A stretch of 64,000 nucleotides of DNA from Schmidtea polychroa (lineage: Eukaryota). This document shows positions 49,715-62,345 of the stretch, piece after piece. Below the pieces are notes generated by a model. It was given only the letters and a program-made list of their open reading frames with translations, ran no database searches and had not been told where the DNA came from. The stretch spans positions 78,616,001 through 78,680,000 of the forward strand of contig CM097888.1 of assembly GCA_044892525.1 (NCBI GenBank). Reading direction: 5' to 3'. A program made the position numbers and the translations under genes. Numbering within the stretch: the first letter of the stretch is position 1; each line of letters begins with the position of its first letter.

Positions 49715-52700
49715 ATGAAAACATTCCATGTAGTGTTGTTTTTTATTTTCCATTTTCTACAAACAGGTAATTATCTAAATTTCTTTTTTTAGATTTAATA
49801 GTCAGAATTTTTTATTATAATTTTATTCTTTTGTAGAAGTCTCCGCATTTAATATAAGTTTCAGTGCGCCTCATAGTTTACCGATAAAACTCAATGGTAA
49901 TATAGTGCTCACTTGTAAATTACCAAACACCTCAAAATTGCCTTTGCTTATTCAAAGAAACGATGATTTAGTGTCAGAAAAATGTGATGTTTATTTGAAA
50001 AACCTTTATGGTATTACCTGTAAAAATGACACAGAATATAAATTTAAAATTAAAAAGATGTCTTGGATTGATAAGGGTAAATGGAGTTGTATGGTTGGTG
50101 GTTATAGTTCAAGCATTATGTTGGATATATATGGTAATTTTTTTATAAATTTTTAATTAATTAATTTTAAATAAATATAATGTATGATGTAATATTTAAT
50201 AAAATTAATTAGTTCCCAGTAATGTATCAATTTTAATTGAACCAATATCCAAAAAAGTATTTTCCTCCAATTTGGGACCTGAATCAATTCCATCGAGTCA
50301 TGAAAACTCGATCATATTAAGAGGTAGAGGTAAAAGATTGAATCCTTATGATTTGAGAAAAAATATATCCGTAAATCTAATTTGTAAATCCGATTGCAGT
50401 TATCCAGCAGTTAATCACATGTTTATTTTTAAAAATTTTTTAAATGTAAGCTTTGATTTTTATTTGAAATTAAATGGAAATTCATTCAAACTAATAGTCG
50501 AATTTCTCAAAGGAAATCAGTAAGGAGTCAGATAATGTTGAAAGAAATATATGTGATATTGAACGAAATAAGTCGTTAACGATGACCAAATTGAAATTCA
50601 ATTGCAAAGAATTTAAATTGACAGGATTAATCAATCTCACCTGTTCAACATTTGACGTTAAACGCTCGATATTTAACATTTCCCAACGTACTATTTATAT
50701 TTTATGTCCAAGTGAGTGATTTGATAATATTTAAATGGATTAAATATTATGTAACTTTTAATTAATTTTTAGAAATAATTAATTATTGAATAATAAATAA
50801 TTGAAATTTGATTATGAAAATTTATTTATTTGAATTTAATTATTTATAAATTTTATTATTGTGCTTTATATATTTTTATTTTTATTTATAGAAATAATTA
50901 TTAAATTAAAATAAATTAATTTAGTGGTTTTTTAATGTAATTTAAATTTATGATTTTTGTGATTTAAATGAATAATTTCCTGAAATTATTTAATTATTTA
51001 ATTAATTTTAATTTAATTAAGCTGTACATATTTATATAAAGAAAAAAATTAAATTTAACTTGATATTATTTTTTTTATATTAAATTAAATATTAAATAAA
51101 TAATCGCATAAATTAAATTAGATTTGGTTATGAAGATGCAATTTTTAAAATTTAAATTATTATTTATAATTTTTTAAAATTTTAATTCATTTTAAATAAT
51201 CATTATTTTCTTTTTTATTTTGTTATTTATTATAATTTAATTATATAAATATTTTTATATTTAAATTATTTTAATTTATAGAAATAATAAAATATTAAAT
51301 TATATTTTAGTAATTAATTACTATCAATTAATTTTCCCCCTCTTAATTGTTTAATTTAGTTTTATAGTTTTTCTGTTATTTATTTAAATTTGATTAATTT
51401 TATATATCAATTTCCCGAAAACTGCTAATAATTTCATTTAATTATAATTATATTTTTTAGTTATTAAATTATAAAATGTTTTTATTGATAATTTTTCATG
51501 AAAATGTTATTTAATTAAATTTTAGTTGTCTGTAAATAAAATATTTATTATTATTTAATTTCTTTTTAATTTTTATTTATTAATGATTTTTTTCAGTTAT
51601 TTAGAATTTAATTAATTTCATATTTTTTTTTAATAATTTAATTTGTATATTTTTTATTTAAAAAAAATTATTAATTATTATTTATTAAAATTTTAATTTA
51701 ATATAATTATTTAAAATTTTTATGGATATTTGGGTAAACAATGCTGAATTTATTATTATAATTATTATTATTATTATTATAGAAGTAAAAAATTATTTAT
51801 ATTTAATTTAATTTAATTTTTTTATTAATTAATAAAATATTTATTATTCATTTTAATCATTATTTAATTGATAATTTTTCATGAAAATGTTATTTAATTA
51901 AATTTTAGTTGTCTGTAAATAAAATATTTATTATTATTTAATTTCTTTTTAATTTTAATTTAATATAATTATTTAAAATTTTTATGGATATTTGGGTAAA
52001 CAATGCTGAATTTATTATTATAATAATAATAATAATAATAATTATTATTATTATTATAGAAGTAAAAAATTATTTATATTTAATTTAATTTAATTTTTTA
52101 TTAATTAATTAAATATTTTTTATTCATTTTTATCATTATTTAATTGATAATTTTTCATGAAAATGTTATTTAATTAAATTTTAGTTGTCTGTAAATAAAA
52201 TATTTATTATTATTTAATTTCTTTTTAATTTTTATTTATTAATGATTTTTTCAGTTATTTAGAATATAATTAATTTCATATTTTTTTTTAATAATTTAAT
52301 TTGTATATTTTTTATTTATAAAAATTATTAATTATTATTTATTTATTAAAATTTTAATTTAATATAATTATTTAAAATTNNNNNNNNNNNNNNNNNNNNN
52401 NNNNNNNNNNNNNNNNNNNNNNNNNNNNNNNNNNNNNNNNNNNNNNNNNNNNNNNNNNNNNNNNNNNNNNNNNNNNNNNNNNNNNNNNNNNNNNNNNNNN
52501 NNNNNNNNNNNNNNNNNNNNNNNNNNNNNNNNNNNNNNNNNNNNNNNNNNNNNNNNNNNNNNNNNNNNNAATTGATAATTTTTTCATGAAAATGTTATTT
52601 AATTAAATTTACGTTATTTTTAATTATATATTTAATTGTTTATAAATTTTATGACAACTGCTAATAATTATTTTCAGAAATTCATTTAATTAAAATCATA

Positions 52701-54746
52701 TTTTATAGTTATAAAATTATTTAACAACCAACCAATCAAATTTACAGTTTCCAGATTTTTTATATAATATATTAATAATTAATAAAATATAAAAAAGGCA
52801 ATTTAGCACTGTTAGCTGATATTTCTCATGATTTTTATGATAATTTAATTAATTATATTTTTTTTCTCTGCATCTCCAAGTTATTGGTTTATCTGTGCGT
52901 TATTTAACTACATACACAATCCAGAACACGTAATTATTGGTAAACAAGTACTTGTGACTAAATAATTAAAGGAATCTCGATTTACATACGGAAATTAGTT
53001 TTTTCCTATTATTTTCTCAGTTATTTGTTTGAAAAGTATTTTGTAAAATTTAATTCTATTCCACTCATTGTTGTCTTTTGATCGATTATGAAATGAAAAT
53101 AAGAATAACGATGCCTAGAATTTCCCAAGTGCTCTTAACTTGTTTATGCTATTTCATTTCACTATAAAGTAATAATTTCTATTGAATTTAGCTCAAATTT
53201 GCTTTTTACCATAATAAATTGAGGGCAGTTATGAGTTTAAAGCTACTCTGTTTGTATTTAATCGCATTGGGAAATAAGCAAATCAAATAAAGTACATAAG
53301 TAACTAGATTTATGTAATTTACTATTTCCCTAACAGTTTTCTGCTGTGTTTTGATTTGTGGAAAACAAAAACTCAATTAAAGTTCACTCATATCATTAGT
53401 TTCACTTCGCCAATTACATATCTCTGTCATAGAGAATTTACAAAATTTGTCAACTATTCATTAGGTAATTTAAAATATAAAATGTTATATTTAAATTCAA
53501 TTTTAATAGCCTTTAATGCATAAATTTTTATTAATTTTATCAAAGTATTTCTTTTATATAAAAATTTACCGTAATTAAATTATATTTATTTATTCGCAAT
53601 TTTGCCTAATTTTAATCGATATTTTTATTCAAATTTTTATCTAAAATTGACTTGATAGATGATTAATAAATAATTGATAAATGATTGATAAATGATTGAT
53701 AAATTATTAATAAATTATTGATATATTATTAATAAATTATTTATAAATTATTGATATATTATTGATTTATTGATGAATTGTTTTGATAAATTATTAATAA
53801 ATCGTTGACATATTATTGACATATTATTGATGAATTGTTTTGATGTATTATTTTTATCAGTGCTTTTTTTCTGGAAAAAAAGGTGCCGGAACGTATCTGT
53901 ACTATCCTTTATATGCAAAAAAATGACACTGAATTTTTTGAAATTTTAAATATATTGATTATTTTACAATGTGCATTTAATCCGGAGCGTTCCGTCAGAA
54001 ACAAGCACTGATTTTTGATAAATTATTTATTTATTATTGATAAATTATTGATGAATTGTTTTAATAAATTATTGATATATTATCGATAAATTATTGATAC
54101 ATTATTGATAGATAGATTGATTGATAGAAAATGGGTAGGTAGGTAGGCGGACGATATGATTTCCCAAATTTATTAGAAAATCACTTAACTAAATTTTCAG
54201 ATCAATGTTAGATTAGTTAAAATGAGATAAATGATTCATAATTCGATGGAAAAGTCAATTTTCATATAACATTGACATCAAAATATCATATTATTGATTA
54301 AAATTAAAATCTATTACAGAAAATTTCAAATCAAACAAATCTAATCAAAACAACTTTTAATATAGTTTAATAGTTTAAAGTTACATTGTTAAATTGTTCA
54401 AATTATCCATAAACTAATACGTAAGTCGATTTTCAAAAAGAATTGAAATAAAAAAGACCACTTGTCAATTAAAATTGGAAGTTACTGTAAAATTTTAATA
54501 TATCATGAATCACAAGCGGTTCGGTTAAATTGCATTTCATAATTATATCTTCTATAACCCTGGATCTCAATGAGCTGTTACATATTTCGGCAGTTTCGAC
54601 GATATCCATGCTACTTTATGCCCGTGCATACTAAATGTTTGTTCACAAATGACTGTAATTTGCGTGTTTAATGAATTTGACATGCATTTATCAAACAAAT
54701 GTGTCATAATTGATACTTTCTGCATCTTTCATTTCGCTGTGTTGCA

Positions 54747-54794
<48 letters not shown>

Positions 54795-57700
54795 TTGCAC
54801 CTTTACCTGAATTAATACAAATCATTATATTGCTCATATTTGATGAAAGCGCAATTTAAGTCTAAGCTGACATTTGATAAGTACACATTATTTTTTTCAT
54901 TTCACAACTTTTCAGTTTATAATTGGCTATTTAATTATTTTCGAATATTGTGCATAATTTTCGCTATTTTGTGGCTTTTAAAACAAAATAGTTGAAAATA
55001 GATTGAATAGAGAAATAGATGGAATTAAAACATGAACGAATGGTATTGTATTGAATTCTATATCAGGAAGAGCATAATGAGTGGAGATTTACATAAAACT
55101 CAATGAGAAAGTGAAAGGTATAGAAACTGAAAATCGATAATTAAATAATAAATTATTGGAGTTAGAATTTTTAAAAAGGATTAGGAAAAATGTAACCGGT
55201 GACAATAGTTTCACTAAAAAGGCACAGAACAGATCGAAAATAAGGAAATTAATTAATTAATTTGTTAGCACCCCCTGAAAAGTTTCGTAGAGAAAGTTAT
55301 CATGATTATAGATCAATAGCATAGCTGGACAGGACAGTTTTAAGAAATTCGTAAGAGAATTAAATAAACAACGTTTAGATACAGAAATACATCCGGGCGA
55401 CGAGTATATATAGGTTGTCAGCTCACATTTAAGTCGTCTATCGAAGTTTATGGCATCATAAATTATTGTAATATCGTCTGTCATTTCAGTACATTTGAAT
55501 ATAATAATCAGTTAAATATTTAAAGAAATTGTTTTAATTTAAAAATACGAGAAAACTAATAAAATGAAAAATGAATTTTTATAAAACTAATAATTAAATA
55601 ACTAATAATAACAAAAAACATACATCGCAAATAAAAATTGTTGCTCCAAAAGGCTTGCGTCTGGTGCTATAACCCATTTGGGGCTGTGATTAGGGTGGTC
55701 CTGTAACTGGAACTATACAAACTTCAGAATTTATAATTTATCTCAAGGTGGGGCAAGGTGATAGTAATTTAAAAAATATAAATAATTTATAAGATGGTTC
55801 AGAAGAAATTGAAAGTTATATCAAAATGTAAATATTATTATTATCGTATACTGAAAATTGATCAAATTTACGTTGGGAAAATCGTGAGCTTTAATTTATT
55901 TCAAGAACACTTAGAGTTAGATATTGGTCTTAACATCGGTTTTTGCCTTCGAGTTTTTAATAACATGTTTAATTGACCAATACAACAATAACAAACAATT
56001 TATTTTATAATTTTTGACGATATTGGTCATCATTCACAAATATAAGTCTTTCATTAGTATTTTTAAACAATTCTCTCATAAATTTCGAATTTTATATTGT
56101 TGATTTCTAACCACATAATCTTTAAATGTTTGCCTTTGACCTCATAAAGACATAAGAACTTCTATTTTTGGAAAAATCCAGAATTTTGAGTAACATTTCT
56201 AATATTTATTCAAAAAATTTAGAAATTAAATATTAATAACTTACGAAAATTAATTGGATAAGCAGAATTGTTTACCTTAAACATATTTACCGAAAAATAT
56301 TTCCAATTATTCTATAGCACTTAGTCTTTGTTTTGAAATTTTGTTTCGTAAAATACATCATAAAATGTGGGTTTTTTTCAAGTTCAATAATGTAGGGTAA
56401 AAGTTTAAAATTTAATATAAAATTTACGAAGAAATGGAACAGATTTTAAAACCCTAAAAGAAAAGTAATAGGGTAATAAAATGCGACTTGCACACATTCA
56501 ACATTTGTAGTTTGTTCAATGATACAATGTTCATATAATGTTCATATAATGTGCTTAAGATAATATATCAAAATAATCAATTGGGAAATAGGCTACGACA
56601 GCAAATGATAATTTTTGTCACATAAACATGTTTGCGGTTTTGTATGAATATGAATATAAACATTGTAAATATTTTACCGAAATGAATTAATTTGCTCCAT
56701 AAATGCGGATGTGGTCTAATCTTGTATTTATCGAAGGAATCGAAATTTATTTGTGATGTTAATAATTAATTATTAGTTACTATATAATAACCTGATTACT
56801 GGTTTCGTTTGTAAGTTAAATTAAAAACTGGCATGCGATCAGGATTTTACTAAGTCGGAGCAAGGAAAATATTTTTGTTAAAACTCAATTATGATTTATT
56901 TTACTAAAATGATTAAAATATTTTTTTCCAATAAAAATAATTGAAGTATATACTGGTAAGTAGCACATAATGTTAACAAATGAATTTAAGTTAAAATATT
57001 TAGGCTATGAAATTTTAACCTTTTCAAAAAGGATTTTTATACTACTACTACTTGTGAAAGGATACACCAAAGCCCATTAATGCAGGACCTAAATGAAAAT
57101 AAATAAGGGCCTTTAATATAGAAAGATAAAAAAATTTATTTAAAGAAGAAAAATGTGATTATTTTCCTCAAAATTAAAAAAACTCTTAATTCGGGGGAAA
57201 ATATAGAATACAATTTCATGAATTTAAAGTTAGATGATTGAGGGTTTTTCGGTTTCAAACAAATAAACAAACTCAATGTTTTTTTGTGTTAAAGTTAAGA
57301 TGATTTTTGAAAATTTTATGTGCTATTAACCTTTTTGTGACGTGCTATTTTCTTATTAAATGTGCCTTTAAGATGGACAGTTTTCTATAAACTTCGATAG
57401 TTATAAAGTATGCAAATGTTCGTGTGCCCACTATGAAATAAGAACTACTACTGCCAGGTTCATACATGACAAATAAAATAACAGGCATATTTATCTAACA
57501 CGTAAAACGGAAACGTCCCGCATTCGTCTCTTAAATATAATGAAATCGGATAAATACGGTCTTCAACTATTTGTCGCAATTTTTTTCACGGGAATATACG
57601 GTCTTCAACTATTTGTCGCAATTTTTTTCACGGGAATATACGGTCTTTGGCGCGAAAAGGTTAAGAATAAGTGATTTAAAAAATCTTCGAATATTATTAT

Positions 57701-59368
57701 ATAATCTTATGCAAAAAGTAAATTACATTGTTAAAAATTGCTAAATCAATAACTAATAATTAATCCTATAAGAACTTTTTTTCCAATTTCACCACTGATT
57801 TCTTTTCCATTGTATTTATTAAAAAGCTTGAAGACTATGAATCAGTAAATATATCGATGTTTTTGATATTTACCAATTTTCGGCCCTGCCTTTTTTTCAA
57901 GTGAATAATTAATTGAAAAAGGCAGTACCGAAAATTCGTGAGTATCAACAGACATTGATATATTACTGATTTATAGTTTTCAAACTCTCTTTTTAATAAA
58001 TTCAATGGAAAAAATAATCAGTGGTGAAATTGGAAGAAATAAAAGTTCTTATAATATATATATATATTAGAGAATTTTGACTTGAAAAGGCTGTGTCGAA
58101 AATTCATGCATATAATAAAAACATCGATATCTTTAATGATTCATAGTCAAAATTTTCTAATTAATACAATGTCAATTGAAAAGAAATCAGAGTTGAACAT
58201 TGAAAAAAGTTCTTATAACACACACATGCACACACAAAATAAAAATATATCTTCCATTAAAAATTTCGTTGATTACTTTTTGAAACTTGTTTTGAAAATT
58301 TATGATTTTAATATACATTTATATTTTTATTCGCGATTCAACTGTCTTTTCATCTTGTTTCATTTAATATCTGATTATAGGTCAATGTTTTTTCTACTCA
58401 ACACAAATTATCGACAGTGTTTATAATAACTCGAAAATTTGTGTTATATTGCAAAAAAAACTCATCTATAATTGAAGACTAAATGATTATAAATAAAATA
58501 ATCGTTAATTGAAAATAATTATTCCAAAATTGATCTTTCTATCTCGAATGTTGCACAATTTGTCCGATTCCACCATTATATTATGTCAAATATTGAAACT
58601 TGTATTAATTTTAATCCATATTATTTTTTCAATGTTATCTGAAAATCGATTTTTCTCTAATAATGCATAATTTATTTAATTTAACTTATTGATTTGAATT
58701 TCTGTCCAATAGTCATGGTAATAATACTTAAATCTGGGAACAATATTGTTAAAAAAAATCCAAAACTAATATTATACTCTTTCTAAACTTTTTTTTTCTT
58801 CCAATTTGGGGTTAATGTTTAAGTTAATATCCAGGGTATTCTTGGACAGGAGTAAGATTAATGAGTAGCTAGGATAAAAGATAATAGCATAAACCACTTC
58901 AAAGTAATATAGAACGATAAGTACAAAAGAATAAATACATCATAAAAAAATTAAAAATGACAACTAAAAAAAATTAAAAAAAAATAAAAAAAAATTTAAA
59001 AATAAAATTAATATCTATAACACAAATTTTCTCCTACAAACATCTCCCTATTAAAGTAAAATTCGGACCCTTAGCTTTTTATATATAGAGAGATGAATAA
59101 TAATATATGAAATATGAATTATCCCGAATCGCAATTTAATCTCGACTCAAATTTATTACCCTTAATTGATTTAGCCGATCCAATCCAATGGTGGAAAATG
59201 ACCAATGGGGAAATGATTAATACAGTTATTGGTTGTTTTATGTGTTTTATGCTGCTTATGTTTTTGTTTCTAATGATTTGTCGCTGGAAGTCGTATAAGC
59301 ATAAAAACTATGATTCTTGTCAAGAAGACAATCGCGACTCCAAAATGGGACGGGGGTACAGAGTATAA
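49715..59368 (+). CDS. Ig-superfamily single-pass membrane protein. Exons ~49715-49765 (signal peptide), 49838-50134 (Ig), 50213-50445, 50498-50712; probable TM/tail exon 59175-59368; intermediate exons unresolved
   Basis: MKTFHVVLFLFSIFY signal; IVLTCKLP...DKGKWSCMV Ig motif; VNLICKSDCSYP; terminal exon with TM segment VIGCFMCFMLLMFLFLMIC and a basic stop-transfer. Linking the last exon is inferred. Confidence 0.65.
51486..52620. repeat. AT-rich tandem repeat (units ~250-380 bp) running into an assembly gap
   Basis: 'attgataatttttcatgaaaatgttatttaattaaatttt' recurs at ~51486, 51867, 52124 and 52570. Confidence 0.85.
53680..54125. repeat. Degenerate ~12-mer minisatellite (AAATTATTGATA)n
   Basis: Visible tandem iterations. 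Confidence 0.7.
53858..54010. mobile_element. hAT MITE inside the minisatellite
   Basis: TIRs CAGTGCTT..TTCTG..GGAACG / CGTTCC..CAGAAACAAGCACTG; 8-mers atttttat/atttttga. Confidence 0.7.
54748..54792. repeat. (TA)n microsatellite; others: (ATT)n ~8513-8547, (CT)n ~59638-59661
   Basis: Direct reading. Confidence 0.95.
57330..57660. mobile_element. piggyBac-type MITE with an internal ~42-bp tandem duplication
   Basis: TTAA|CCTTTT ... AAAAGG|TTAA; repeated ATACGGTCTTCAACTATTTGTCGCAATTTTTTTCACGGGAAT. Confidence 0.7.
57767..58053. mobile_element. Fold-back (palindromic) MITE, copy 1
   Basis: Long imperfect inverted repeat TATAAGAACTTTT...AAAAGTTCTTATA over the whole length. Confidence 0.8.
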
Positions 59369-59838
59369 AGGAAATTTGATCTGTGTTCTTTTTTTGATAC
59401 TGTTATTAAACTAAGTCATTTGAGAGAGTCCATGGTGCAATTTCAGAACTGAAATGTTTATATTTAGGACGTACAAATAATTTGGATTTTTTTTACGAGT
59501 AATTATTTGTAAATATTATGCTTTATATTGATGTGATGCTTTGCGATGAATCATTTTGTGCTTTGTTTTATTCTTGTATTTTGTACTTTTAACAGTTGTA
59601 CATTCCCATTTTATTGACGGCTTTAGTGAATTCCAACTCTCTCTCTCTCTCTCTCTCTCTCGCTATATATACATATATATTTGTATACTATTTTAATAGT
59701 GCATTTTGATTTTTATATAATTTTAATAAATTTATTTTGAATTCTGATTTTTATTTTATTCATTTTTGATAAAAATTACTTTTTTAGGAAAAATTAAAAA
59801 CGCTAGATAATTGATGAATTAAAATATATAATCGTACA

Positions 59839-60058
59839 ATTTATTAAAAAGAGAGCTTGAAGACTATGAGTCAGTAATATATCGATGTTTTTTGATACTC
59901 ACGATACTCATGATACTCCTTTTTCAAGGCAGTGCCGAAAATTCGTGAGTATCAAAAAACATTGATATATTACTTATTAATAGTCTTCAAGCTCTCTTTT
60001 TAATAAATTCAATGGAAAAAATAATCAGTGATGAAATTGGGAAAAAATGTTCTTTTAA
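59839..60058. mobile_element. Fold-back MITE, copy 2 (left arm truncated)
   Basis: Homologous to 57815-58050. Confidence 0.75.
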
Positions 60059-60787
60059 TAATATGATCATACGCCATGTAATACAAAATGAAGTACTTAA
60101 CACGTGTAATTTGTAAAATGGAATGCAAGCAACATCTTAGTTAAGAGACAAATGAATGTAAGTTCCAAAGAAAAAGTAGACCAAAAAAATGAATTTAAAA
60201 ATTATGTAGGAATTTTGGCCGTATTTACATATGAAGAAGCTATGAAAGAGAGTGCAGAATTTAAGGAAAATATGAAAGAAATATTTTAATAAATACTCTT
60301 TGTTTTAAACAACTAATAAAATGTGTGATATCGATTAAAGCGTGAGTATAGTGAAAAATGATTAGGATCATGTTCATATTTTCCCCCTATACCGTGTCTA
60401 AATAGCAAAAAAGTCTCTGACGAAATAACGTGGGATGAGGAATGAATAGGGTCTCTGCTGTTTGCACATTCACGTATGAAATGATTAAGCATTCAAAAAT
60501 TAATCTTCGTAATAAGTTTCTAATAAGCAGGTATAGTTGTTGATCCGTGAGGGAATGAACAGAAATTCCTCATAACCCAATAAGGCTAGATTGGGATGGC
60601 AGACAGCGCTTGAAACGACTCCGCAGTCGCACCAGGATCATCACAACCCAACTCAACTCACGAACAATAATGTGATGATATAAAAAGAATGTCAATAAAA
60701 TTGTTGCAATTTTTTACCAGTATGTTGCATGTTAGCTTGATGAGGCAGCGTGGAAGAGTTATGAAACTTGGGAAAATCATTAAATTA

Positions 60788-61018
60788 AGGGACCGGAGCA
60801 AATCGGACACACATCTTCTATCGATAGTCCGTGAACCCAAGGAGTGCAAGACAATTTTAGTGCAAATAGTGCGCTCACTTTTTGCGAGCACTCACCCTCT
60901 TGATACAATACCAACGATGATCACCTACCGGGTATTAAATGGTAGAACTGTTATTGTATTCTGGGTTACGCTGGAAACAGCTCGACGAGGTAAAATGTTT
61001 CTTACCTGTAACCCACCA
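60788..61018 (+). ncRNA. Structured repeat, copy B of the unclassified family
   Basis: Colinear with copy A with compensatory substitutions in several stems; ends GTAACCC-ACCA. Confidence 0.6.
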
Positions 61019-62345
61019 ATATAAATAAATTGAACTAGTAACAGTTGTTGTGAATTATTGCCATCGTTATTCTGTGTGCTATTACAAAGAAATTTTTAAT
61101 AAAAATTTTCTCTTCCTGATATTATATCGTTGTTTAACTAATTTATTATCGTCCCCTAGAACTATTTTTCTAAGGTTTAAATATTGCTGATGTTATCGCC
61201 GAATAAATATGGACAGAAATTACCTAACCAGTTAAACAATATACCGAAGACAATCAATGAAAAATCATGTCATTATTATAAGAATTCTTTGTTTTATATT
61301 GAATTTTTTATTATTTTTTTATCTTTCGTAATTAAAAAAAAGAAATTATTACAAAATTGCATAATAAATTTCGATTAGCGTAGGTTAAACTAAATGAATA
61401 AAAACCACTCGAAAAAAGAAGTATCGAAAATTCGTGTTAAATATTAAATTAAATCTACAAAAAGAAGCCGTGAAAATAACATAAAATGGAAAAATCCATA
61501 GCGAAAAAGATAAGATATTTTACTGATAATTGAATTTTTAATTATTTAGTCGGACAAATTTTTGTATTTTTCTTTAAATTGGACTGTGGTGGTCTTTTTC
61601 CTTAAGTACATATTATAAGTTTGGGAAAATGACGTTCTATGGATTGATTGTATGCTTTTACTTCTTTTATATAATTTTTACATAGGTTTTTAAATTAATT
61701 AAATTAAAGGATTAAAAAGAACGAGAGGAATTCGCGATTTTTGTAAAATAAATGAAAAAATCTAAGTGCAATCTATTAGTTAATTTTTGTATCTATTGCA
61801 TCTATAGTTAAAAGTCAAATTATAATTAAATTTTATTTATTCAAATAATAATCTTCTTGCTAATATTATTCTAACAAAATCTTCAATAATATAATGAATA
61901 AATAGTGAATTCGATCAAACCGCATTAGAAGAAATCGCTAATAATATTAATTAATTCAATAATTCACTTTAATTAATTAGCTTAATTACATTCTCACACT
62001 ATCCATGATGGAATTGACCATGTTTAAAAATATATGATGAGAACTTCCGTAAATTATTGTTGTAAACTTCATGAATACTCCTCATGGAAAAATAAATTTT
62101 AATCTGATTTAATTAAAATTTTATATTCCAGTACTACATGCAAAATAAAATAAAATAAATAAAACTAAAGAGATTAAATATAAAGATAATCAGAAACGTT
62201 TTATTAATTTGAAAAAAATGTCTTAAAGGTTTAAAATCTAGTCTAAGGGAAATATTGGCTAACTAATTGCATATTTCCTAATGATGAATTCTAGATAAAG
62301 AATAAATTATACATTTTCAATTAAAACATTAACTTTATTGTCAGA

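Noticed and set aside
57555-57650. CRISPR-like repeat array
   Set aside because: Adjacent tandem copies without unique spacers inside a MITE; eukaryotic context and no cas genes
60841-60880. Twister-sister ribozyme (GTGCAAG and GCGCTCA present in copy B)
   Set aside because: These words are not conserved in A, C or D, and covariation places them in stems incompatible with twister-sister topology
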